64,000 bases of DNA from a virus (Duplodnaviria; Caudoviricetes), in IMG/VR virus record IMGVR_UViG_3300020050_015145, positions 8,208-72,207 of that record; one strand, given 5' to 3'. The position numbers and the translations under genes are program-made. Each line of letters starts with the position of its first letter. Position 1 is the stretch's first letter. The notes beneath the pieces were generated by a model, which saw only the letters and a program-made list of their open reading frames with translations, ran no database searches and was not told where the DNA came from. This document shows, piece after piece, positions 56,776 to 64,000 of this stretch.

Positions 56776-57302
56776 CAGAAATTGATATTCACCGTTATTT
56801 CTTCGTCTTTCGGACCACCCAGTTTGCCGTGAACCTCCAACAGGGTTTTGATGGCATCTTTGCTGTCGTGCAATTCGATTTCAAAGAAAGTCGTTTCGGT
56901 TTTTACGCCTTCAACGGTGGAGGTCTTTGTAGTTTGCTTGATTTTCTTGATGAGGTGCAGGTTCTTTTGGGCTTCTTCGCTTGTCAAATCAAGCTTGATA
57001 TTTCCTTTTTCATCCACCTTCATAAAAGCAGCGAAGGTGCCGCGACCCATGTCGGCCAGTCGTTTGGTGCCTTCTTCGGGCTTCATGGCCAATTCGTCCA
57101 ATCTATCCGTAACCGCCTTTGAAATGTCGGGTTTAGTTAGGTTTTCGGCTCCGGTAGCCTTTGCAGCACTCTTTTTATACCCCGCTCGAATCGCGGCCTG
57201 TGTAGCATTGAAGTCAACACAATACTCTTCAATAAATCTTCTTTGTTTCGTAGTAAGTTTTGGCTCACTACCCGTACCCTCTGCCTTTTTCATATTAATC
57301 AT
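56775..57302 (-). CDS. terS: terminase small subunit
   Basis: LTTKQRRFIEEYCVDFNATQAAIRAGY...GAENL.KP. Confidence 0.92.
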   Translation of the reverse strand: MINMKKAEGTGSEPKLTTKQRRFIEEYCVDFNATQAAIRAGYKKSAAKATGAENLTKPDISKAVTDRLDELAMKPEEGTKRLADMGRGTFAAFMKVDEKGNIKLDLTSEEAQKNLHLIKKIKQTTKTSTVEGVKTETTFFEIELHDSKDAIKTLLEVHGKLGGPKDEEITVNINF

Positions 57303-57306
57303 TAAA

Positions 57307-57322
57307 TTAATATCATACTTAA
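57307..57322. promoter_or_regulatory. operator candidate upstream of terS
   Basis: TTAATATCATACTTAA (14/16 to the 42187 site). Confidence 0.5.
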
Positions 57323-57416
57323 TATTGCAAAGTAAGCAGTTGCGGGACAGAAAACAAAGTATAAGGGCTTTGACCTGCTCCCCCGTCTAAAGAACGGGGG
57401 ATTCCTTTGATTAGCG

Positions 57417-58442
57417 TTAGAGGCCCCTAACGGAGAATTGCAATATGTTTTTAGCCGCGTTAACATCCCGCAAGTGCGAAGTATTACAACAGGAACATAC
57501 CCAATCCCTTACAGTCAAATGCCTTAGACCGCGTGGGCCTGAGCGTGAGCCACAGGACGAACACGTGACAGTTGACCAACTCTCGTTGACCTCTTTCATT
57601 TCGATACCAAGCCTAACGGCTTTAAATGCAAGCATCACTTTGAAGTCTGACCAAGAAGCATCTGAAACGCTTTTAGCCATCCGTGTCTTTATTAATTTGG
57701 AAGAACTCACATTGCCCACTACTATTTTGTCATACTCATTGACGATAGCGGTACTGACTTTGTGGTTCCAATCTTTTCTTTTATTCTTTATTTTGGCGTG
57801 AATAGCCGTGACACGCTTTTTCTTCTTTGCGCGTTGGGCAGCCGCTAATTTTGCCTCATACTTTTTGGTAAGATTTTCCCGATTGAATTCTACGCCGTCG
57901 GAAAGGGTTGCCAAGGTTTTTAAGCCTAAATCAATGCCGCATTCTTTACCCGTTTTTTCTCTGACTATTTCGGGCTGTTCAATCACAAAGTTTGCAAACC
58001 AATGGCCTTTAGAGTCCTGACAGAAAGAACCGAAACGAATCTTAGAATCAATCGGACGCGATAGCCAAAACTTAAACGTTTGCCCGTTGTAAGTGACAGT
58101 ATCGGCATTTACCTTTACGCCTACCCCTTTAAAGGGAATCCAACCCAGCGACTTTTTACGGCTTCTCCAATTGAGCTTACGCTTTTTGAACTGCTTGCAT
58201 GATTTAGCGTATTCTTCGCACACCGCCTGAACCGTTTGAGAGTGTAGCCCTAATTCTTTAGTGCAGCCAGCAGTTAAATTATTAAGGTCAAAAGCCGACA
58301 AAGGTTTGTCGAACTTTTTCCAACTTTCCTGATTGACCTCATTGCAGTAGTTCCAGATAAAATTGCACGACCAGCCCATTTTAACAAGTTTCTTTCTTGC
58401 TGTTGAGTCCTTGATTCGATATTGCAATGTGGTCAGGTTCAT
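57417..58442 (-). CDS. tnpB: RNA-guided endonuclease TnpB
   Basis: GIDLG, IVVGN, VNESWST, CSSC..CSCC, RDVNAAKN. Confidence 0.93.
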   Translation of the reverse strand: MNLTTLQYRIKDSTARKKLVKMGWSCNFIWNYCNEVNQESWKKFDKPLSAFDLNNLTAGCTKELGLHSQTVQAVCEEYAKSCKQFKKRKLNWRSRKKSLGWIPFKGVGVKVNADTVTYNGQTFKFWLSRPIDSKIRFGSFCQDSKGHWFANFVIEQPEIVREKTGKECGIDLGLKTLATLSDGVEFNRENLTKKYEAKLAAAQRAKKKKRVTAIHAKIKNKRKDWNHKVSTAIVNEYDKIVVGNVSSSKLIKTRMAKSVSDASWSDFKVMLAFKAVRLGIEMKEVNESWSTVTCSSCGSRSGPRGLRHLTVRDWVCSCCNTSHLRDVNAAKNILQFSVRGL

Positions 58443-58458
58443 AGTGCAAATATAGCCA

Positions 58459-58474
58459 TTTTGTAGCTACAAAA
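58459..58474. promoter_or_regulatory. perfect palindrome between divergent tnpB and RHH promoters
   Basis: TTTTGTAGCTACAAAA; flanked by -7 motifs TATATTTG (minus) and TAAATTTG (plus). Confidence 0.55.
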
Positions 58475-58509
58475 CTATGCCCTTTCATTTTATTTTGTAA
58501 ATTTGCCTC

Positions 58510-58650
58510 ATGGAAAAAAGACCAAATCCCAAACAAATCCGCATTGAGCCGGACCTATACGAAAAGGCTTTAGTTGCGGCAAAAAAAGCGGGCCTGACGT
58601 TTTCAGGCTACGTTAAAAACTTAATTGCCAAGGACGTTAACCGGTCTTAG
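58510..58650 (+). CDS. small ribbon-helix-helix protein, not in ORF track
   Basis: Manual translation MEKRPNPKQIRIEPDLYEKALVAAKKAGLTFSGYVKNLIAKDVNRS. Confidence 0.75.
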   Translation: MEKRPNPKQIRIEPDLYEKALVAAKKAGLTFSGYVKNLIAKDVNRS

Positions 58651-58820
58651 CGCAAACCTAAGCGTCCTTCGGCACGCTGTCGCTTATATCCCCTGCGTGA
58701 ACACAGGGGTTTTACGCTCCTATATCATAACGCAAAAAGCCAAGCGGTTAGACTTGGCTTTTCTTGGTTAACAAGTTGCGTATGCTCATTAGCAAGGATA
58801 CTGACAAAGGCGATGCCTCA

Positions 58821-58907
58821 TCTTAGCGCAAACCCAATCACGATTCGCCGTGATGTCGCTTATATCCCCGCCCTAAAGAATATGGGATATAAGCTTCTAT
58901 ATCGTAA
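58821..58907. repeat. degenerate second copy of the element left end (first copy 58645-58730)
   Basis: Shared TCTTAGCGCAAACC, TGTCGCTTATATCCCC and CTATATC blocks; hairpins preserved by compensatory changes. Confidence 0.75.
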
Positions 58908-58970
58908 TCTTTGGACTTTATGCCGCAAAAAGGCTTGTGCTTATTTAACAGGGTCATAAATCTATAAATA

Positions 58971-59501
58971 TTATAGGTGTAATTCACTGTTATCTATAGC
59001 CCAATAACCAATCGGCAAAATCGTCAATTCCAAGCTATCCAAAACTTCGGTACTATCCTTTTGCTGTAGTAGTAAATCGGTTGTCACCTGATTGATTTGA
59101 AGAATGATTTCATTTTCCCCTTGAATCAAACACCCTTTTCCGTTTTCAACATAACTACTTATTACCACTCTGACACGGCCTACAGGATTGCCAACAACTT
59201 GCCTAAATTGCTTTCCTGTTATTTTTGTGCAGCTTTTTTTTCTCCAAGCAGACCACAATTCTTCGCGCTCTTTTTTTTGTTGTTTCAGATCGTCGTTTAT
59301 AACCCCAAAATGCTTAAATATTTCCCGCATATCCACCCTGTGAGACTTTCCAGATTCGGCTAAGGAGTTGTCCTTTAAAAAATCATCCATGGTGGCCCCT
59401 ATATTATTTTCTTTGGTATCGTACTTTGCCCACGTTTCTTTTATCACATCTTCGGGCGTGTTTTCAAAATACTTTTTTAACCCATCTAAAAAATTGTCCA
59501 T
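58971..59501 (-). CDS. hypothetical protein, tandem paralogue A
   Basis: MDNFLDGLKKYFENTPEDVIKETWAKYDTKENNIG. Confidence 0.75.
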   Translation of the reverse strand: MDNFLDGLKKYFENTPEDVIKETWAKYDTKENNIGATMDDFLKDNSLAESGKSHRVDMREIFKHFGVINDDLKQQKKEREELWSAWRKKSCTKITGKQFRQVVGNPVGRVRVVISSYVENGKGCLIQGENEIILQINQVTTDLLLQQKDSTEVLDSLELTILPIGYWAIDNSELHL

Positions 59502-59556
59502 GTTGCTCTGTACCTGTTGTATTTTGTTTGGTAGCTTTGCGCCAAAACCATTTGAT

Positions 59557-59685
59557 ATGAAAATCTACAATCCTTTTACCGATCGAAATCCCAAAGAAGT
59601 TTGGGATGAAATCCGTCGCAACAAAAAACCAATCTCGAAAGAAGAAGCATTGAAACAAATGCGTAATTCCAAAAAACAAAGTTGA
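59557..59685 (+). CDS. 42-aa basic peptide with its own promoter
   Basis: MKIYNPFTDRNPKEVWDEIRRNKKPISKEEALKQMRNSKKQS; TAGCTTTG at 59532-59539. Confidence 0.55.
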   Translation: MKIYNPFTDRNPKEVWDEIRRNKKPISKEEALKQMRNSKKQS

Positions 59686-59694
59686 CAATAATAT

Positions 59695-60198
59695 CTACCC
59701 CAAATCCCAATCTATCGCTAAGTCAATCGGCAAAATCGTCAATTGAAGGCTGTCAAAAGTTTCAACTCTGTCTTTTTCCTGTCGAATCAAATCAAGTGTT
59801 GCTTTGTTGATTTGAAGGATAATGGCTTCTTTCCTGCGAAGCAATTGTCCCTTGCCGTCTTCAACAAACTCACTTGTAATTATTTCAACATTAATCCCGC
59901 ACCCTTTTATTGATTCCTGAAACTGCTTTCCTGTTATTTTCGCACCGGACATTGCATTCCAACGATTGGCCCATTGTTCTTCCTGTTGCTCTTTTCCCTG
60001 CCTTTGCTTTTGAAATTTACCTATAACACCTTTAATCTGTTCAACAAGCGTCGCGGTTGAAATACTGTCTTTTATTATAGACTCCACGGCCGGTCCTATA
60101 TTATTTTCTTTGGTGTCGTATTTTGCCCACACTTCTTTTGCCACCCCTTCAGGTGTATTTTCAAAATACTTTTTTAACTTATCTAAAAAATTATCCAT
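59695..60198 (-). CDS. hypothetical protein, tandem paralogue B
   Basis: MDNFLDKLKKYFENTPEGVAKEVWAKYDTKENNIG. Confidence 0.75.
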   Translation of the reverse strand: MDNFLDKLKKYFENTPEGVAKEVWAKYDTKENNIGPAVESIIKDSISTATLVEQIKGVIGKFQKQRQGKEQQEEQWANRWNAMSGAKITGKQFQESIKGCGINVEIITSEFVEDGKGQLLRRKEAIILQINKATLDLIRQEKDRVETFDSLQLTILPIDLAIDWDLG

Positions 60199-60224
60199 AG
60201 CATTAATTAATGATATAACTTTGC

Positions 60225-60350
60225 ATCGAACCTCTGAAAACCCGAATAGGTCGTAGGAGGTGTTTTTGAGAGCAATTTTTGTACGCTATAACCTACATCT
60301 GTCGGGGTTTCCAGTACTGGAACGAGCTACGAAAGATTGCTCTTTTTTTT
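60225..60350 (+). ncRNA. putative structured sRNA/attenuator related to the antirepressor leader
   Basis: TAACTTTG promoter at 60216-60223; AGAGCAAT/ATTGCTCT stem plus U-tract; shares GTAYGCTA and GGAACnnGCTACG with 43930-44200. Confidence 0.55.
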
Positions 60351-60452
60351 GTTAAAAATACGGGAGCAAGACCCACTACTGCCGGACTAATCGCAGTCGC
60401 CGGATTTATACTTGACCTATTACGCGGTATTTCCAAAGCCCGCCACCCGTAT

Positions 60453-60923
60453 TTATTTGACAACACGTTGCATTCCAAAAGGCAGTCTGTCATCAAATAC
60501 CAGACAATCCCAGTAAGTAACAGGTGGTACTTGTTCGGATTTTTGCCTGAAACAAACCTTCTTTCCTTTTAAATTAATACCAAAACAAACACCGTCCAAC
60601 TCCCTTATTAAACACGGCACCCCTTCAAACGCGACCGTTTCAATGGCTTTCTCCTGCGTAACAACCCGACCCTTATTTACCAATGAGCGCTCAATCCAAC
60701 CAACGTCTTCGTAATCTTTCGAGTCTCTGTAGCAAAGCGTGCATCCATAGATATTTGTTGGATTGCTATTGGCAATAGCTATATTGAACTCTTTACAAAT
60801 CTCAAACTCCGTACTTCGATAGGCTCCGCCGTCCCAAAACACCAATAACAATTCTTCATTTGACCGCACGTCGAACGTATCTTCAAACAAAAATCGAAAG
60901 TCTAAAATTTCACTCGCTGTCAT
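60453..60923 (-). CDS. hypothetical protein
   Basis: 156-aa ORF. Confidence 0.6.
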   Translation of the reverse strand: MTASEILDFRFLFEDTFDVRSNEELLLVFWDGGAYRSTEFEICKEFNIAIANSNPTNIYGCTLCYRDSKDYEDVGWIERSLVNKGRVVTQEKAIETVAFEGVPCLIRELDGVCFGINLKGKKVCFRQKSEQVPPVTYWDCLVFDDRLPFGMQRVVK

Positions 60924-61060
60924 GTGTGTGCCAGGATGAATTTAAAACAAATTTACAGTTTTTTGATACAGTTTTCTTATTATGCCCAACAAAACCCCTG
61001 ATTCCCGGTAAGCCAATACGGAGGCTTACAGCCCATCATTCGCACTGCCGGTACATTTTT

Positions 61061-61341
61061 TTAAACAAACAATTCATCCACAAATGAAATGAACGGCGGT
61101 TCGAGCTTCAGGCAAATCGGCTGCTCAGGAATGGCGCTAACTACATTGAACAGTCTCAATAATTGGCTTCGCTCAAAAGAAGCTTCAAACGGCTCTTTGG
61201 ATTCCGCTTCTACCGTTACCTCTTTGTGGCCTATGCAAAGAGAATCTCAATTACATTGATTGCAATTGTGCCGCTCGGCGTACGACTGATAGCGCCGCGA
61301 AGAGCCATGTGCAATGCCTGACTGTTTATGAGTATTTTCAT
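61061..61341 (-). pseudogene. frameshifted small gene (or sequence error)
   Basis: MKILINSQALHMALRGAISR... stops at 61231; +1 nt near 61247 joins it to DSLCIGHKEVTVEAES...SAIPEQPICLKL... Confidence 0.55.
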
Positions 61342-61343
61342 GG

Positions 61344-61745
61344 TTAAGAGGCGATTTTATTAATAAACTCAATAGGATTTTTGCACCCAAACTTCTCAGT
61401 CAAATTAAAAATACACATGGCCCTGTTTCGCTCGGTCGTTAAACCAACTATTCGCTCCAGTTCAAGAAACAACCCATTTTCGCGGATGCCTTTCAAGGTA
61501 ATTTTGGAAATATCCATTGTGCCAGGCACAACTTCCCGTGCCCAAAAATAACTGCCGTCAAAAATGGTTTCTTTTTCAACCGGCTCAACGTGCTCTTTGT
61601 AGTACCTGCGCACCTTCGCATAGTCCAGCTGCGCTACAAAATATTCTTCTTCTTTCTCGAATTCATAACCCGATTTAAAGGGTTTTGATACTTCTTGCGG
61701 CTTAAATTGCTCAACAACCGCTTTTGAGCATAGGAAATAGTTCAT
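61344..61745 (-). CDS. hypothetical protein
   Basis: 133-aa ORF. Confidence 0.7.
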   Translation of the reverse strand: MNYFLCSKAVVEQFKPQEVSKPFKSGYEFEKEEEYFVAQLDYAKVRRYYKEHVEPVEKETIFDGSYFWAREVVPGTMDISKITLKGIRENGLFLELERIVGLTTERNRAMCIFNLTEKFGCKNPIEFINKIAS

Positions 61746-61750
61746 GTGAT

Positions 61751-62083
61751 TCAGGTTAAAAGTTTTGTATCGGTATATCCAAAAGTCTGCATAAACGAAT
61801 GCAGTCTTTCAATCGTAGGAAAAGGAAAGCGCATGGATCCGAAACGTCCTTCAAAAGCGTCCGGATAATTCAGCCATTTGGCAAAAACATGATGCTCTAT
61901 CCAAGGCTGCTTTTTTTGCTCATGCTCCGGCATCTCCAGTACTGAGGCATGGAAGTAACAGTTAGTTCTTATATTGCTTTCAAGTGCCGTTTGGGCGAAT
62001 TCGGGCAGAACCATATCGCCTTTTGTCAGCTTGACAAATCCCGCACCTTCGATGATTTTAAGCCAGTGTTGAGTGTTGCTCAT
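61751..62083 (-). CDS. hypothetical protein
   Basis: 110-aa ORF. Confidence 0.65.
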   Translation of the reverse strand: MSNTQHWLKIIEGAGFVKLTKGDMVLPEFAQTALESNIRTNCYFHASVLEMPEHEQKKQPWIEHHVFAKWLNYPDAFEGRFGSMRFPFPTIERLHSFMQTFGYTDTKLLT

Positions 62084-62337
62084 TTCAGTACTTCCAATAG
62101 CTTTTCAATGGCATCCCTCACACCCTTGCTTTTTAATGCAGATTCTTTTACTACACCTTTGATAGTGACTTTATCCTCAAATTCTTCATCTATTGCCAAA
62201 TGAATATACCCGTCGTCGGAGATTATTTCTATTTGCGCAAAGAACTTTTCTTTATCATCCGGCGCACGCTTCTTGATTGATGTCGTGTGATACCTTGTAA
62301 GAGCATCTATTCTTGCCGCTTCGATTGGCTTTTTCAT
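62080..62337 (-). CDS. hypothetical protein
   Basis: 85-aa ORF. Confidence 0.65.
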   Translation of the reverse strand: MKKPIEAARIDALTRYHTTSIKKRAPDDKEKFFAQIEIISDDGYIHLAIDEEFEDKVTIKGVVKESALKSKGVRDAIEKLLEVLK

Positions 62338-62363
62338 TTTTAGTACATTTAAGGGTTAAAAAT

Positions 62364-62469
62364 CCCCACGCGCACGCTGTGTAGAACGCATTGAAAGCTT
62401 GTGCCGTCATCACTCAAACGCGTTTCAATTGCTGCCCCGCATGGAGCGGGACTCTACCGTGCCGTGAGG
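62364..62469 (-). ncRNA. intergenic multi-branched structured element
   Basis: Outer stem CCTCACG-GCACG-GTAGA / TCTAC-(ACAG)-CGTGC-(G)-CGTGGGG enclosing two hairpins. Confidence 0.4.
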
Positions 62470-62476
62470 CGGACGG

Positions 62477-62710
62477 TTATTTGCCCGTTTGGGCAAAGTC
62501 GTTTGGTTGCTGTGTCGCCTTTGCTTCGCGGATTTTAAGAATAGCTAATTCTATAGCCCGTTCAAAGTTTAAGGAATAAAGGGCCGTAGCAGCCAAAGAT
62601 TCGCTTATGGTCTCAATGTCACCTTCGATTTTTAGGTGATGTTGATTTTTACTCCCGTCTTGGTATACTTTTAAGTTTATATTTGCCAGCAATCCTGTTT
62701 TATTTGCCAT
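62477..62710 (-). CDS. hypothetical protein
   Basis: 77-aa ORF. Confidence 0.6.
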   Translation of the reverse strand: MANKTGLLANINLKVYQDGSKNQHHLKIEGDIETISESLAATALYSLNFERAIELAILKIREAKATQQPNDFAQTGK

Positions 62711-62731
62711 TTGTTTGTTTTTGAAAGATTT

Positions 62732-63100
62732 TTATTTGATTGAACCTTCAACTGAGTAAAACATCTTTATCCACTTATCGGGCTTTACTTGCACGCAAAT
62801 TGAGCCCAAATATCCCTCCGAACTTGATTTTTGATCAACCCAAACGGTTTTTATTTCAGAAAAACGTCTTTCGTTCATTTCAAAACCAATCGGCTCACGT
62901 ACAATGTGCAGTATTGAGTAGGTGCAGCCAATGTGCGCCATCATTTGTTTGAGCTGATTGGCAAACAAGTCGCCTTTGAGATTTATCAAAACTTTGAATA
63001 CCCGCTCATTTTTGGCGAGGTTTTCCTTTCGCTTTTCTTTGATGAATTTCGACCAGCCTTTTTCAAATTCTTTTTCCAAGTAGTCAAACTCTTTATTCAT
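62732..63100 (-). CDS. hypothetical phage protein
   Basis: Start revised to MNKEFD; WVDQKSSSEGYLGSICVQV. Confidence 0.65.
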   Translation of the reverse strand: MNKEFDYLEKEFEKGWSKFIKEKRKENLAKNERVFKVLINLKGDLFANQLKQMMAHIGCTYSILHIVREPIGFEMNERRFSEIKTVWVDQKSSSEGYLGSICVQVKPDKWIKMFYSVEGSIK

Positions 63101-63104
63101 TGCC

Positions 63105-63380
63105 TTAAATAGTTGCCGTTTTAAACTCTTCCAAAAAACGCATTGCCGTTGCTGCTGTTTGAACTGCCTCCGTGTAGGCTTCATTTACCTTGCCTTCTTC
63201 CATCGTTGCCTGATTGCAGGCACGAAGCAATTCTCCCGCTTCTTCTGCGACAATAGCACCACGGTACAGAATATCACTGGGCCAGTTCGGATGCTTTACT
63301 TTGGCGCGTTCGATTTCATCCAAAACGCTTTGTACGATATTGGCAGGAAGAGATGTTGTAACGGTTATTTTATTTTTCAT
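63105..63380 (-). CDS. MazG-like nucleotide pyrophosphohydrolase fold protein
   Basis: EIERAKVKHPNW...IVAEEAGEL...EAVQTAATAMRF. Confidence 0.7.
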   Translation of the reverse strand: MKNKITVTTSLPANIVQSVLDEIERAKVKHPNWPSDILYRGAIVAEEAGELLRACNQATMEEGKVNEAYTEAVQTAATAMRFLEEFKTATI

Positions 63381-63383
63381 CGG

Positions 63384-63686
63384 TCAATGATTATGGAAGA
63401 TTTTCAACAAATTACACACCTGCATGAACCCGCGCAGGGTTTCAGGAATGGGGAAGCGATAGAGTAATTCTTCACTCATTTCAACATTCCACATTTCAAA
63501 AAAGTACATTTCATCCATGTGGCCCGGTATTACTTTCACCTCAGTAAACTCATTGCAGAAATACATCTGTTCGGAAATTATAGAAGATGGAATAGGCTCC
63601 ATGTCCTGTTTTTTGCATTGGGTAATGATGAAGTTTTTAATTTCTTCTTTCATGGGTTTTGCTGCTTTTTGCTGATAGTTTACCAA
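63384..63686 (-). CDS. hypothetical protein
   Basis: 100-aa ORF. Confidence 0.6.
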   Translation of the reverse strand: MVNYQQKAAKPMKEEIKNFIITQCKKQDMEPIPSSIISEQMYFCNEFTEVKVIPGHMDEMYFFEMWNVEMSEELLYRFPIPETLRGFMQVCNLLKIFHNH

Positions 63687-63754
63687 TTTCTTTCCATGCC
63701 TTTTCTTTGATATAAACCAGTGCCGAATTGGACCAAACCGACATGATTAGTTGA

Positions 63755-64000
63755 TTATAGGCAACAATTTCTTTTTTTGTCTGCCGGCGAATCGTGGCGC
63801 GTTCTTTTGATTAAATCCACAGAGTTAAGCCATTCAGGAGTTGAGGTTTTATTTTTCAGATTATCCACCACGATTTTAAGCAATCCCACATCGCGTAAAT
63901 AATCATTTTGCTGTCTTACAGTCAATTCAGAAGGCTTTGTGACGGCATTGACTGTAAGGGTATACTGCAACAACTCATCAAAAAGTGCGGTTTCAATTGC
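63755..64000 (-). CDS. hypothetical protein, 5'-truncated by window edge
   Basis: Frame appears open to the window end (AIETALFDELLQYTL...). Confidence 0.5.
   Translation of the reverse strand, partial: AIETALFDELLQYTLTVNAVTKPSELTVRQQNDYLRDVGLLKIVVDNLKNKTSTPEWLNSVDLIKRTRHDSPADKKRNCCL

Larger units (their letters stand above)
57370..58726 (-). mobile_element. IS200/IS605-family TnpB element lacking tnpA, carrying a divergent RHH gene
   Basis: Right end GGAATCCCCCGTT..GACGGGGGAGCAGG-TCAA (minus 57405-57370); left-end hairpin CCCCTG..CAGGGG at 58690-58709; left boundary after TTAT is inferred. Confidence 0.75.

Noticed and set aside
62364-62469. Hammerhead or twister ribozyme identity
   Set aside because: No CUGAUGA/GAAA core; a CAAGC loop is twister-like but pseudoknot partners could not be placed convincingly.
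1-64000. CRISPR array or diversity-generating retroelement
   Set aside because: No regularly spaced direct repeats, reverse transcriptase or adenine-specific TR/VR pair noticed by eye.

Overview
The whole window is phage DNA: a temperate tailed phage of a Bacteroidota host, inferred from TAnnTTTG promoters, Q+1 signal peptides and protein families. No host housekeeping genes are present. Almost all genes are on the minus strand; the main exception is the repressor-integrase pair (10980-13063). The integrase is followed by what looks like an unrecombined attP resembling a tRNA-Ser 3' end, with phage genes on both sides, so this appears to be the free or excised genome rather than an integrated prophage. 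Gene blocks: early/accessory genes (1-10.8 kb and 58.9-64 kb), accessory genes (13.3-16.3 kb), lysis plus secreted tail-fibre-like genes (16.4-24 kb), head and tail genes (24-42 kb), an antirepressor region (42-47 kb), neck/chaperone genes mixed with small ORFs (47-55 kb), terminase with an intein (55-57.3 kb) and a TnpB element (57.4-58.7 kb). No replication initiator or helicase is visible. Most notable observations: (1) an integron-like attC cassette array in the early region with no integron integrase; (2) tail-fibre-like proteins carrying Sec signal peptides; (3) a Cys-rich ORF overprinted inside the terminase intein; (4) a -1 frameshift/dual-coding tail chaperone; (5) ten copies of a 16-bp palindromic operator; (6) two related structured RNA leaders; (7) an RHH-TnpB element with a duplicated, covarying left end. 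All family assignments are from motif recognition by eye; no database search was run.
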